Positions 16,542 to 26,215 of a stretch of DNA of 42,149 nt are shown here, in pieces. The DNA is from a virus (lineage: Duplodnaviria > Caudoviricetes): positions 1 to 42,149 of the IMG/VR virus record IMGVR_UViG_3300050156_000030, one strand, 5' to 3'. Position 1 is the stretch's first letter; every line of letters begins with the position of its first letter. The notes under the pieces were generated by a model that worked only from the letters and a program-made list of their open reading frames with translations, ran no database searches and was not told the origin of the DNA. The translations under genes were made by a program, and so were the position numbers.

Positions 16542-16839
16542 CCAAGCCCCAGCCAAAACCACGATCTACGTGCAATTCAGTGAAAGCGGCACCATCCGCG
16601 AGTGGGCAGAATACCCGTTTGACGGCGGTGTCCGGTATATCGTTGGCGATGAATCGCACAAAGCCGCGATGATCGAAGGTGCCAGGATTGCGTTGGAGTG
16701 GGCGGTCGAAGTCTGCCAGAACTACCGCGCGTTCTGCGGTGATAGGCCACTTTGGCCGGATGAGCCGGGCACAACGATCAGCATGTTAGACCCGGCCACC
16801 ATCATCGCCCAGCATGTTGTCACCCCCGCGCCTGAGTGA
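16534..16839 (+). CDS. Hypothetical protein
   Basis: GGAG RBS; last gene of the plus-strand chain. Confidence 0.6.
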   Translation: MDDQAPAKTTIYVQFSESGTIREWAEYPFDGGVRYIVGDESHKAAMIEGARIALEWAVEVCQNYRAFCGDRPLWPDEPGTTISMLDPATIIAQHVVTPAPE

Positions 16840-17086
16840 TAAAAGCAATGCACCCGCAGGCCGGTCACATTGAAGGGTGCGGCAGGCCGAGACGAACGCA
16901 CAGTCGGTTCACCGACGCCTTAGGTAGTCAAGGCCGCTATCGTGCGGAAAGGCCCTAGCCGGGTGAGATCGGCGGCACATGCTACCGCGCTCCCCGGCAC
17001 CCTTAGCGACTCACCACACCCCCCGCCACGATCATCAACGCGGTTTGATGTAGGCAGTCGATCGTCAAAATTTAGGGAATTATATA

Positions 17087-17115
17087 TTTGACTCCCTCAA
17101 GCGATGGGGGTATAT
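17087..17115 (+). promoter_or_regulatory. Sigma70-type promoter at the IS left end
   Basis: TTTGAC-N17-GTATAT, close to the rhizobial CTTGAC-N17-CTATAT consensus. Confidence 0.5.
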
Positions 17116-17162
17116 ATCTACTCACGGGGTTGGAAAGGCCAGCCGCGCCAAGGGGATACGAA

Positions 17163-17348
17163 ATGGCTTACATCGCTGAAAACACCTTTGCCGCCGCCTG
17201 CTACGAAAACAGCGTCAATGAACTTGAAGCCGCTTTGCTCGCGCCTGCCGACGCGACAGACATGGCGGCCTGGGAGCTGACTGAAGAAGAATATTTTGCC
17301 GCCATCGAGTTGGCCCTGACAGCCAAGCGTGCGGACGACGCAGAGTGA
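17163..17348 (+). CDS. Acidic 61-aa passenger protein in the IS
   Basis: MAYIAENTFAAACYENSVNELEAALL...; AAGGGGA RBS; GTGA coupling to the transposase. Confidence 0.6.
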   Translation: MAYIAENTFAAACYENSVNELEAALLAPADATDMAAWELTEEEYFAAIELALTAKRADDAE

Positions 17349-17728
17349 GCAAGTCCACGATCTCCACCGTTCAGCTTTTCGAGATGTTCCCCGATGCCGA
17401 GGCGGCGCGGGTCTACATGGAGGGCAAGCGATGGCCCGAAGGGGCCATCTGCCCGGCCTGTGAGGAGCCCAAGCGCATCACGACCCGAAAGGGTGGCTAC
17501 TACCGGTGCAACGCCTGCAAATCGGATTTTACCGTTCGCACCGCGACGGTCTTCGAGCGATCACATATCCCCCTCCATAAGTGGCTCTGCGCCATGTATC
17601 TGCACGCCATGTATCTGCTGGACACTCCCCGCAAGGGCATCTCGTCCATGCAACTGGCCAAGCGGATCGGCATCACCCAGAAATCGGCGTGGTTTATGAT
17701 CCAGCGGCTCAACGACGGCCCACGCTAA
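17345..17728 (+). pseudogene. IS1595 transposase, N-terminal Zn-ribbon/HTH only (DDE domain missing)
   Basis: RWPEGAICPAC...YRCNACKSDFTVRTATVFERSHIPLHKW...KGISSMQLAKRIGITQKSAWFM, then stop; includes a 15-nt-period duplication (GCCATGTATCTGC at 17591 and 17606). Confidence 0.9.
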
Positions 17729-17748
17729 ACCTGCAAGGATTTAATCGC

Positions 17749-17892
17749 ATGACCGAGGTTTTGAAGGCTCTGGACGCCATCACCGAGCGGGTGCTAGCCT
17801 ACCGCCCCGAGGGCAAAGGCGAGGCCGCGACGAAGGTCCGCAAGCGTTTGGACCGTGAGGAGCGGAAGGCCAAAGGCGATGTGGGGGAATGA
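17749..17892 (+). CDS. Small basic ORF at the IS right end
   Basis: MTEVLKALDAITERVLAYRP...; AAGGA RBS. Confidence 0.5.
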   Translation: MTEVLKALDAITERVLAYRPEGKGEAATKVRKRLDREERKAKGDVGE

Positions 17893-17905
17893 ACTATATA
17901 ATTCC

Positions 17906-18136
17906 CTAAAGGTTCAACCGATCCCCAATCGCCCCAACCACATCACCCGGCGCAGGCGAAGTCGTCGCGGCAATCAGGCCGGTCCCTGCAATCAGGGCCA
18001 CGGCATCGCCAACCTGGCTGATCTGTGCGCCCAGTTCATGAGCGCCGGCCACACCTGCGATGGTGGCAATCCCGGCATAGGTTGAGCGTTCGGTCAGCCG
18101 GCTTTTCAGCCATGCGATCAGCTTCTTGATGGTCAT
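17906..18136 (-). CDS. Small membrane protein of the lysis cassette (holin-like)
   Basis: WLKSRLTERSTYAGIATIAGVAG... with two hydrophobic segments; coupled to the endolysin. Confidence 0.6.
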   Translation of the reverse strand: MTIKKLIAWLKSRLTERSTYAGIATIAGVAGAHELGAQISQVGDAVALIAGTGLIAATTSPAPGDVVGAIGDRLNL

Positions 18137-18744
18137 GTGAGCAATCCTTTCACACGGGCCACGATAGCCCTTCGTTCGTCAATTCCGTTGGTCCCGCCAT
18201 TGATCCGGCGCGTGATGGCGTCCTCTTGCCCAGCATCTGCCAGCGCAGACAGACCACGCGATTGCCAGAACAAGCAGGCCGACCAGACGGCATTGTCAGG
18301 CAGTTCCAAGAGTGATGGTGTATCGGTAAGGGGCAGGCCCATACGTGCAGCCATGTCGGCATAATTGGCGCGCCCTGTGACCTGAAAAATGCCACGCCCC
18401 ATGAAGCGATGACCGTCACCGGGCTGCGTGTTCCCCAAGTCCTTGCGGCCTTCGTATCCGCGCTGGGCAGGCGTTGGCCCCCACAGTTCGCGCAGATACC
18501 GCCAGCCCCCGCTTTCGTGGCAGGCTTGACCGATGAAGTTTGCCAGACGCGCCGGAGTGTCAATGTCATGCCGATCCAGATAGACCGCACACGCTTTGCC
18601 GAGCAGCAACAGGTCGGTCATGGACCGCTTTGCGGCATAGCCCAAGAGCGCGGCATATGTCTTTGCACCAGCCACACCATCGGCGGTGCCAATGCCGTAG
18701 CCCTTGGATAGCAGGGCAGTTTGCAGGGCTTTGATGTCCATCAT
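18133..18744 (-). CDS. Endolysin, glycoside hydrolase family 19, with N-terminal PG-binding segment
   Basis: RLANFIGQACHESGG, LGNTQPGDGHRFMGRGIFQVTGRANY, ITRRINGGTNG; N-terminal LQTALLSKGY..GTADGVAG. Confidence 0.93.
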   Translation of the reverse strand: MMDIKALQTALLSKGYGIGTADGVAGAKTYAALLGYAAKRSMTDLLLLGKACAVYLDRHDIDTPARLANFIGQACHESGGWRYLRELWGPTPAQRGYEGRKDLGNTQPGDGHRFMGRGIFQVTGRANYADMAARMGLPLTDTPSLLELPDNAVWSACLFWQSRGLSALADAGQEDAITRRINGGTNGIDERRAIVARVKGLLT

Positions 18745-19046
18745 GCCTTACCCTTCCACATCGAAGCCACGTCAATCTTGTCAGCAGCCTTCAAGACGCC
18801 CTCGGCCAGCCCGATGCACACCAGACCAGCCAGCGCGGATGCCACTTGCAGCGACAGGCCAAACCAAGCCGCCATGTCATCGCCAAACATGAGAGAGCCA
18901 CCCAAGCAAAGCCCAGCGGCCAGAACGCGCTTTTGCCAGCCAGACGCCGGACGCAGGTACTCACGCGCACCAGCAGCGAACACGCCGCCGCTAATCATCT
19001 GAGCCGCGTCGGCTCCCATCCCGTAGTTTTCGGACGGCACGGGCAT
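18741..19046 (-). CDS. Putative holin
   Basis: About 100 aa, 2-3 hydrophobic helices, charged C-terminus, directly upstream of the endolysin. Confidence 0.65.
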   Translation of the reverse strand: MPVPSENYGMGADAAQMISGGVFAAGAREYLRPASGWQKRVLAAGLCLGGSLMFGDDMAAWFGLSLQVASALAGLVCIGLAEGVLKAADKIDVASMWKGKA

Positions 19047-19048
19047 CC

Positions 19049-19495
19049 CTAATACGCCACATATCGGATAGCGCGCGCGCCCCGATCAGGTAGGCGATGA
19101 ACCCAACGGTCAATGCGACGGCCCGCTCCATCCATCATCCCTCCAGCGACGATCAGTTGCAGAGCCACCGCACAATTTACCACGACGGCAAAGGGGTAAT
19201 GATCGATATACGGGCCAGCCATATACACGCATCGCCAGACGATCAGGGCCAATGCGATGGCACAAACCTGCCTGTCACGCGCACCGCAACTGGTCGCCCG
19301 GATAGCGAGGATCGTACCCAGATCCAGCAGTGCATTTGCCACGTCGCGGTCGGTGCCGTGGAGCGCATTCCCAACCAGCCAGGATGCTGTCATAGCAGCT
19401 GCAAGAGCCAGCACGGACGGACGACAGCCCACGCGCCACACCGCAAGGCACCATAGCCCTAGCTGGGCCGCATAAACTGCCGTCGTCTCGGTCAT
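19049..19495 (-). CDS. Multi-pass membrane protein
   Basis: 4-5 hydrophobic segments; coupled within the late operon. Confidence 0.65.
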   Translation of the reverse strand: MTETTAVYAAQLGLWCLAVWRVGCRPSVLALAAAMTASWLVGNALHGTDRDVANALLDLGTILAIRATSCGARDRQVCAIALALIVWRCVYMAGPYIDHYPFAVVVNCAVALQLIVAGGMMDGAGRRIDRWVHRLPDRGARAIRYVAY

Positions 19496-19677
19496 TTGGT
19501 CTTAGGCTCGCTGGCTGCGGTCATGATCGGCCCGGACACACCGGCAGCGGGGCCATGGTCGGCAAGCAGCTTGGACAGGATGGCGCATTCCTCCGCATGC
19601 ACTTCGGCCAGTTTGGCGGTCAGTGCCACCTTGCGTTTGCCGAGTTCAGCGAGGCGGGAGACTTTGGAATCGGGCAT
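19492..19677 (-). CDS. Small coiled-coil protein
   Basis: AAAAGGA RBS; ATGA coupling. Confidence 0.6.
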   Translation of the reverse strand: MPDSKVSRLAELGKRKVALTAKLAEVHAEECAILSKLLADHGPAAGVSGPIMTAASEPKTK

Positions 19678-19693
19678 CGTCAGTCCTTTTCGG

Positions 19694-22261
19694 TTAAGCG
19701 TCGGTCAGTTCAGGGAGGCTGGCCAGCACACATTGGTGCGCCACTTCCTGTCCGTTTGAGTACATGTGCAGGCCATCGGACAACGTGGTGTCATTGGTCA
19801 CGCCATCATTTCCAGACGATACCGCCACGGCCAAATCGATGTAGCGATATGCGCCAAAATACCGGGCGCGAATGTCAGCGTTGTTGGCCGTGCGGACGGG
19901 CTGGCCGCCTGCGCCAGACACACGCGGGATTTGCGTGACAAAAACCAGTTCAGCCGAACCCGCCGCAGCAATCGCGTTGGTCCCGGCTGTGCGGAAAATG
20001 GCGTTAGTCGTGTCGTTCGTGCCCGCTGCGAAAATGATTTTTTCAACCGTGTGCGGTGCAAGGTCAGCGGTGAAGCGGTCAACGGCTTGCTGGGCAGTGC
20101 AGCCAGAAATAGCCGAAACACCGATGGCACCCCGGTCAGCCACGTCATAAGCCCATGATCGGCCAAGAACGGTGGACGAAAAAATGGTGGTGGCTTCGGC
20201 GTTGCTGTCTCCAAAGATGACAGCGCGCAGGATTTTGGGCAGGTCGTTGGTCAGGCCGAACCAGTCAAGCGTGTACGTGCCGATCAGGTGCATCCATCCC
20301 GGCTTGCCCTGAAAGGTGTAGGTGTCAGAGCGGTATTCCCGCGCCGCCGCCGTCACGATGGTGCGTGCGCCGGTTACAGTGTCAGTCCACCGCCCAATTA
20401 CAAACAGACCGCGCTGGATGACTTCGAGCAGGTAGGCCCGACCAGAGACAAGCGCCGGGATGGCCGCAGACTTGATCAGCGTCCCCGCCGTGACTGTGCC
20501 GGGGCGCGAATAGAGGCTTAGCGTGTTGGCCGTGCCATCAAACACCAGCGCCCCCGTGTTGCCCGATGCCTGCACGGTCGTGATGACGCCGCCCGATGAT
20601 GTAACGTCTGATATCACAACACGCGCTGCAAGGGTCTTGCGGTGCATGCCCGAATTGTAGTTCCAGGTCGCCACCGACGCCCATCCGCCGGTTCCAGTGC
20701 AGACCAACCCCGCGCTGACCGAAAACGGCGCGGTGGTGGTGCCGGTCCAGTCAGCCGGCGCTGTCGTCCCTGCGAAAAGCTGCCGGAAAACCGGGGTGCG
20801 TTCAGGCGCGGGACGGGAAAGGCGGCGCAGGCTTAGCGAGATCGCGGGCTGGTTGCCGTTCGATCCCAACATCGTGACCGTCTGCCCGACAACAACCGAT
20901 CCGCCCGAAACCGTGAAATATGCGATGGCGCTGTTCGTTGCCGCAGCATACCGGACGCCGCCGCCCGTGATGTCACGATAATGCACCATGCGGCCGGGTT
21001 TCAGAATGTAGCGCCCCGGAATGGCGAACGCGTTAAGGCCGGCGGCCCCGGTTACCGGCCAGACAGCCTCAACGGTGGACGTTTTCTTGTCCACCACAAC
21101 GATTTGGCCCTCACCAGCTGCGGAAAGGCGAACCCCCATGGTTTCGAAAATTGATGAAAACAGGGTCGGCGCCGCGATGGCGATAGCCGTGCCGGTGGCG
21201 AACGTGCCCGCGTCCGGGTCGGTTGAACCGATCGTGTAAAGCACGTCGTCGCGCTGCTGTTCGCTGGACAGCGCGACGGCCATTGCACCAAGGCTGACTT
21301 GGGTGCGCGCGTTCGCGTCTGCCAACGTTTCCGCGACGGCGCGAACCTTGAACGTGATGCCTGCGTTATTCGCATTGCTGCGCGTAACCGTAACGGTGTC
21401 GCCTGGTGTGCCGTTGTAATCGGCTACTAGCCACGTCAGCAGCCCCTCTGATCCCGCCACGTATTTCTGAATGCCGCTCGCTGGATACCAGCCCACAGTA
21501 CACCCCTTCGGGATCACGTAGCCCCCGAATTGCGCTTCGGCGATAACTCCTGCAACAGGCGTCAACCCAGCAAACACCTTGACCACGGCAGCGTCAGCCA
21601 GGCGCAGGACGTGGATCGTTACAGTCGCGCCTGCCACCGACTGGTCCACTGTCACGTCGGACAGCAGGCCCAAAAACGCAGCAGCCCTTTGGGTCGCCAT
21701 GACCCGTGCGCCGGTCGGCCAGTTAGTCGTGCCGCCGCCTGCGCCATAGGTCACAGTGCTGATCGTGCTGGCGTCAACACCGATCCCCGCCGCTTGCGCC
21801 GATACGGATGACGCCGCGTTGTTGGCCAGCGTTACTTGTGCCGCCGCATTCACCGTAGCCGACTGGCTGTCCAGATCGCCCGTGCGCAACCATGCGCCGC
21901 TGGTGTACGTGTAGCGCCCGTTGTTCGGGATTGCAGCGCCGACCGTTGCAGCGCCACCGCCAAGCGCAACTTCGCCAGCAACAGCGGTATGTGTGCCGGT
22001 GTCTGCCGTGACGGTGGCGGTGTCGCCGTTGACCATGCCGGTTGCTGCCAGCAGATCGGAGCGCAACAGATACGGCACCGCGTTCTGGGCGCGCTGGCGG
22101 GATACGTCGGAAGCCGTGGCAGTGGTTGCCGATGCAATGGCGCTCGCCTCCGCATCATCCGCATAGCCCGATGCCTGCGCGACAATCGGCGTCAGCGCGT
22201 CCGAACCAAACGGGACGACTTTGATTGTCTTGTTAACGACAGTGACGGTTGCATCGGCCAT
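19694..22261 (-). CDS. Tail fibre / receptor-binding protein with C-terminal SGNH (GDSL) hydrolase
   Basis: Ala/Thr/Gly-rich beta domains; [16 protein letters not shown] and DGLH blocks. Confidence 0.85.
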   Translation of the reverse strand: MADATVTVVNKTIKVVPFGSDALTPIVAQASGYADDAEASAIASATTATASDVSRQRAQNAVPYLLRSDLLAATGMVNGDTATVTADTGTHTAVAGEVALGGGAATVGAAIPNNGRYTYTSGAWLRTGDLDSQSATVNAAAQVTLANNAASSVSAQAAGIGVDASTISTVTYGAGGGTTNWPTGARVMATQRAAAFLGLLSDVTVDQSVAGATVTIHVLRLADAAVVKVFAGLTPVAGVIAEAQFGGYVIPKGCTVGWYPASGIQKYVAGSEGLLTWLVADYNGTPGDTVTVTRSNANNAGITFKVRAVAETLADANARTQVSLGAMAVALSSEQQRDDVLYTIGSTDPDAGTFATGTAIAIAAPTLFSSIFETMGVRLSAAGEGQIVVVDKKTSTVEAVWPVTGAAGLNAFAIPGRYILKPGRMVHYRDITGGGVRYAAATNSAIAYFTVSGGSVVVGQTVTMLGSNGNQPAISLSLRRLSRPAPERTPVFRQLFAGTTAPADWTGTTTAPFSVSAGLVCTGTGGWASVATWNYNSGMHRKTLAARVVISDVTSSGGVITTVQASGNTGALVFDGTANTLSLYSRPGTVTAGTLIKSAAIPALVSGRAYLLEVIQRGLFVIGRWTDTVTGARTIVTAAAREYRSDTYTFQGKPGWMHLIGTYTLDWFGLTNDLPKILRAVIFGDSNAEATTIFSSTVLGRSWAYDVADRGAIGVSAISGCTAQQAVDRFTADLAPHTVEKIIFAAGTNDTTNAIFRTAGTNAIAAAGSAELVFVTQIPRVSGAGGQPVRTANNADIRARYFGAYRYIDLAVAVSSGNDGVTNDTTLSDGLHMYSNGQEVAHQCVLASLPELTDA

Positions 22262-22653
22262 CAGACTTGCGTCGAACCTCCATGGATGATTGCAGGCCCC
22301 TCAACCCATCGCGCCTTGGTTCCGCCGCTTGGCGTGATGACCAAATCCCATACACACGAATAATCAGTGCCAACCGGGCTGGTAAAAGGCAGGCCCTCTA
22401 CCGTTGCCTCGGCAAAGCGCATTTCAACAACCGAAGTCGGGATGCCATCCATGGTGGTCACCGTGACCGAGACACCTTCGGACGGACTGGACGCATTCGA
22501 GAGTGTCAGCAGCGCCGGATCGGGTGCATCGCGGTAGGGGCGAAGCTGCACATTGAATGTCGCTCCGGTGAAGTCGTAGCCCACGAAGCCCACCGTCACC
22601 GTATTCGGCTGCCAGCGGTTCAGGACCAGTTCCAGAGTTCCGGCGGTCATCAT
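22261..22653 (-). CDS. Baseplate / fibre adaptor-like protein
   Basis: [13 protein letters not shown]...[23 protein letters not shown] beta-sandwich pattern typical just upstream of fibre genes. Confidence 0.65.
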   Translation of the reverse strand: MMTAGTLELVLNRWQPNTVTVGFVGYDFTGATFNVQLRPYRDAPDPALLTLSNASSPSEGVSVTVTTMDGIPTSVVEMRFAEATVEGLPFTSPVGTDYSCVWDLVITPSGGTKARWVEGPAIIHGGSTQV

Positions 22654-23333
22654 GCGTAGGTTTCTCCGGGCGCAAGGAAGTGCTCCACGAACCGCACCGA
22701 CCCGGAAGCGTATCCCCCAGTCGTGGGACTGCGCATGGTGCCATCGACCCGGCACACGCAGCGCGGATCATCCAGTTCAACGGGCGCGTTCGTCAGCGCG
22801 GCTTCGCGCAAGGGCGGGGTGATCGTGATTTGCGCCGCAGTGCCGGTCTGGCTGACTACCTCGGCAATCCGATAGGCACGGTGGCGCAAGACGGTGTGGT
22901 CAATCGACAGCCACATACCCTGCCGCAGCGGTGCCGGGATATGCGTCAGGGTCAGATTGAGCGTAGTGGCGCGCAATGCGGCATTAGCCGAAAGCTTTAC
23001 CGGGCTGGTGCCGACTGCATATTCGGCCTCGGTCCAAAAGCCGACCGTTCGAGGGTATCGCACATCGCGCCCGAACTGGTGGCGAATATCACCAATCGGC
23101 ACAATGACCGGCACAACGCCATCGCCCAGAGTGGCCGCAATGCCGCGCCAAGCCAAAGCAACATCTGCTTCATCGAGATAGGCGTTCGTGAACTCGGCGA
23201 AGAAGCGCCCGCCGCCATCGGCTGAGGTGACATCCTCCTGCCCCGACAGAGACGCTCCGCCAGTCAGGATGCGCCGCTCAATGTCGGCGTCCTGAGCCTC
23301 AAAGCAAAAGAGGGATGTCGGAAATACGCGCAT
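22650..23333 (-). CDS. Distal-tail (Dit)-like protein
   Basis: GGASLSG, LRQGMWLSI, ITITPPLR, VELDDP and a terminal FVE; ATG 23333 (GTG 23339 is the alternative). Confidence 0.6.
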   Translation of the reverse strand: MRVFPTSLFCFEAQDADIERRILTGGASLSGQEDVTSADGGGRFFAEFTNAYLDEADVALAWRGIAATLGDGVVPVIVPIGDIRHQFGRDVRYPRTVGFWTEAEYAVGTSPVKLSANAALRATTLNLTLTHIPAPLRQGMWLSIDHTVLRHRAYRIAEVVSQTGTAAQITITPPLREAALTNAPVELDDPRCVCRVDGTMRSPTTGGYASGSVRFVEHFLAPGETYA

Positions 23334-23367
23334 GGCCACATGGGTTTACGGCCACTGCGCGCGTCTC

Positions 23368-23381
23368 GTTACCGCCGTCAG
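23368..23381 (-). promoter_or_regulatory. Late-promoter box copy 1 (upstream of Dit-like gene)
   Basis: CTGACGGCGGTAAC-N19-TAAACC. Confidence 0.8.
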
Positions 23382-25297
23382 GGGATCACAACACTTGTCG
23401 ATGCAGACCATGGCGAGCGGCGGCCATCGCCTACGGTGTAAGCCACCTCAACCTCAATAGTCTCACCAGACGGCACAGGACCGACCCTGAGCGCGACCGG
23501 AGAACCCGCAGCCGTGTCGGTATAGACCGCATCAGCACCCCACACAGAGGCCCCGTCGATGCGCCAATGAGCATACCAGGTCATGTCCGTCCGATCCGGC
23601 GCGGTCACGTCAAGGTCAACGTAGGATTGCCCGCTTTCGGTGGCAGGCGTAGCGGTGTCGATCGCAGGCGTATCAAGCGGGGTAGGCGCGATACGATTGC
23701 CCACCGCAGCGGGCTCGCCCTCCTCAGTGGCCGCAGTCCAGTTGTCCACCGCCGGGTCAGCCTGCACCCATTCGAACGTGACACCGCCGGACAGGCTGCG
23801 TGACAGCGACAGGATTTCGGCGGGGCCATCGTAAAACACCGCGCCAGATTCCTCGATCCGCAGATTGATGAACCGCTCGCCGCGCGCCGCCCGCCCCGCA
23901 ATGTTGGTGGTCACGGTGCCACGGCTCGGCGCATTGGTCCGCTGCATCAGGCGCTTAGCCAGATACCGGACTTGCGCATGGCTCGGCACGCCCGGATCAA
24001 GCGACGATGACAGCACCTGCCCGCGCTCGGTAATGTCGTCTTCGTCGCGCCATGCATCGCATTCAACGGTGTTGTAATCGTGCAACGCTGACACATAGGA
24101 ACAGACCAGTTCGTTGACGGCCCGGTCATCGTCAACGCCGCCGCCTTCATAGGTATAAGATACGATTTCGTCGGGGCCGATGCTAACCGTTGGGGTGTAG
24201 TATTTTCCTGCGTAGATCACGATTGCACCATCAGCGCGCGGAGCCATCCATCCATCAAACGTGGCGAGGATTGCAGACTTCACCGCCTCATGCTTTTCGG
24301 TGTGTTTGTGCGCAATGCAGGCGCGGTATTTCGCTTCCGTGCCGCCAGCGTTGAGGGTCCGCGCTTCATTGCAAACCGCAGCCGCCGCAATCCAATAGCT
24401 GAGCGTCGGCGCGATTTTCGCAGCCCACCATGCCGACCGAAGCGCGGCCAGTTCAGCGGCATAGCCCGCGTCCGACTTCGGCAGCGACGGCTTGGGCCCC
24501 TCGCGTACCAGCATATAGTGCAGCAGGTGACGCACAGGGTTTTCCGTGTAGCCCCATCCGCTCTCGTCAAGCGGGTCCGACGACGATGGGTTGGGGCACG
24601 CCTGCCAATCTGCCACAAGCGACGGGATCGGCGGTTGGCTTTGCGGGTAGATCGTCTGGAAGTCTTCGGCCTTCACCGACGCGCTCAGTACGGCCACCAG
24701 CACCACGCCATCGCCGCGATGGTCGGTTGTCCAGATCGTGGACCCCAGCAGCGTAGTCACAGCGCTAAACGGCGTGCCGGGAACCGCCCCATCCGTGTGG
24801 TAGAAACTGACCTTGCTGTCACCATACCGGCCATCTGATCCGGCATTGACGAACTCAGCAGTAAGGGTCACGGGATCATCGCCGAGATAGCGCTGCACAA
24901 GCGCGCTCATCTGGCCTTCATGCACTGCATAGACATCGACCGCCACGCCATTGTCGGCAGTCTCATAGATGATGTACGCGCCATAAAGACGCATCCGGCC
25001 ATAGGCAGAGATGCGCGGAGGACGGCTTGTCTTGATCGCTGTTTCGGTGGTTACAGGTTTAGGCATAGACGGGCCAAGGCCAAGCAGCCCTGCCGCAGAT
25101 TGAACGCCCAAAGCGGTCAAGCCAAGGGTAAGGCCTGATACAACGGTTGAAGCAATGGAGAAAGCCGTGGTTGCATAGATGCCGCCGCTGGCCAGCGCTG
25201 ATCCCAGCGCGCCACTGATTGCCTGCCCTGCTCCGGGGATAACGTTGACAGCGATAGCCGCCGCCACAATCAGGATACTGCCCAGCGTCTTACCCAT
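23378..25297 (-). CDS. Tail tip / host-specificity protein
   Basis: PRISAYGRMRL, WGYTENPVRHLLHYM, FN3-like C-terminus; position in the tail module. Confidence 0.8.
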   Translation of the reverse strand: MGKTLGSILIVAAAIAVNVIPGAGQAISGALGSALASGGIYATTAFSIASTVVSGLTLGLTALGVQSAAGLLGLGPSMPKPVTTETAIKTSRPPRISAYGRMRLYGAYIIYETADNGVAVDVYAVHEGQMSALVQRYLGDDPVTLTAEFVNAGSDGRYGDSKVSFYHTDGAVPGTPFSAVTTLLGSTIWTTDHRGDGVVLVAVLSASVKAEDFQTIYPQSQPPIPSLVADWQACPNPSSSDPLDESGWGYTENPVRHLLHYMLVREGPKPSLPKSDAGYAAELAALRSAWWAAKIAPTLSYWIAAAAVCNEARTLNAGGTEAKYRACIAHKHTEKHEAVKSAILATFDGWMAPRADGAIVIYAGKYYTPTVSIGPDEIVSYTYEGGGVDDDRAVNELVCSYVSALHDYNTVECDAWRDEDDITERGQVLSSSLDPGVPSHAQVRYLAKRLMQRTNAPSRGTVTTNIAGRAARGERFINLRIEESGAVFYDGPAEILSLSRSLSGGVTFEWVQADPAVDNWTAATEEGEPAAVGNRIAPTPLDTPAIDTATPATESGQSYVDLDVTAPDRTDMTWYAHWRIDGASVWGADAVYTDTAAGSPVALRVGPVPSGETIEVEVAYTVGDGRRSPWSASTSVVIP

Positions 25298-25664
25298 TGG
25301 GCAACCTCCACACCTTCACCGGATCATTCGGCCCTAGCGAGACAAACCCAAGCCCACGCTGCGCCACGACTGCCCACCGCTTGCCGGTGTAGATCGCACC
25401 CGCCTGCGCGCCGAAAATCTGCACTACGCCGATGTCGCCCTCGATGGGCTCGGCAACTACTTCGAACCCCGCCAGTGCTTCGGAAAACAAGCCTGCCAGA
25501 TCGTCAGGCTCGAACTCTGCCCGGTATTGCCCACGCCATGCCGCCATGGGATCGGGCAGGCCGTTCCACATGACCCAACCCGCCGGGAACGTCGCACAGT
25601 CCCACACGCCAGCCTCGCGCCGCCTAAGGCTGGCCTCTTGCAAGTAGTCACCCAGCGCGCTCAT
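25290..25664 (-). CDS. NlpC/P60-like tail protein (DUF6950-like)
   Basis: GVWDCATF..WV, WRGQY, EGDIGVV. Confidence 0.75.
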   Translation of the reverse strand: MSALGDYLQEASLRRREAGVWDCATFPAGWVMWNGLPDPMAAWRGQYRAEFEPDDLAGLFSEALAGFEVVAEPIEGDIGVVQIFGAQAGAIYTGKRWAVVAQRGLGFVSLGPNDPVKVWRLPNG

Positions 25665-26215
25665 GCCGGACCCCAGCGCCGGGACGTGCCGGTATTGATC
25701 CCGCCAACATGGCTGAAAATGGCATCATCGGGATATTCGCGGCGTTGATCGGCATCGGTGAAGAATGCGAAAGCGGCGCGCCGCCGCTGCGTGTCACCCG
25801 CCGATACCGAAAGCGTCATGGTCCGCGTGCGCCCCATATCGCTTGGCTGGCTACCGACCAAGAGCTTGACGCCTTGCCCGGCCCACTCCCAATCGACTGC
25901 GGTAATTTGCCAAGCCGCGTCAAAGGACACACGCCCGATATAGACCGGCGCACCGGGGATTTGTGGGGCTTCGTCCGTGGCGATGATGATCGTGTCCGCC
26001 GATACTCCGGAAAGCGTCACATCAATGCGCTGCGCCTTGCCGTTGATCAGCGATTCCAGATCAGGGATGCTTACCAGTTCGCCAGCACCCGGCACCAGTG
26101 TTGGCGCTGGCAAGATCGCATCGGACGGCAGTAGCAAGCTGCCATGGCCCGACCAGAACGTAGCGGGATCGTCAGTTTCGATCCGAAACACATAGCTTTC
26201 GCGATAGCCAGCCAT
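25661..26215 (-). CDS. Baseplate hub / minor tail protein
   Basis: GAGELVSI, VTLSGV, FTDADQRREYPDD...WG pattern; directly after the tape measure gene. Confidence 0.7.
   Translation of the reverse strand: MAGYRESYVFRIETDDPATFWSGHGSLLLPSDAILPAPTLVPGAGELVSIPDLESLINGKAQRIDVTLSGVSADTIIIATDEAPQIPGAPVYIGRVSFDAAWQITAVDWEWAGQGVKLLVGSQPSDMGRTRTMTLSVSAGDTQRRRAAFAFFTDADQRREYPDDAIFSHVGGINTGTSRRWGPA

Larger units (their letters stand above)
17075..17906 (+). mobile_element. Non-autonomous (internally deleted) IS1595-family element
   Basis: Terminal inverted repeats GGGAATTATATAtTTgAcTCCC (from 17075) and GGGAATTATATAgTTcAtTCCC (reverse complement, ending 17906); encloses a truncated transposase. Confidence 0.85.

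Noticed and set aside
16885-16954. Hammerhead ribozyme
   Set aside because: GAAA is present but the CUGANGA core is not.
17067-17914. Target-site duplication for the IS1595 element
   Set aside because: The flanks AAAATTTA and TAAAGGTT do not match as direct repeats.
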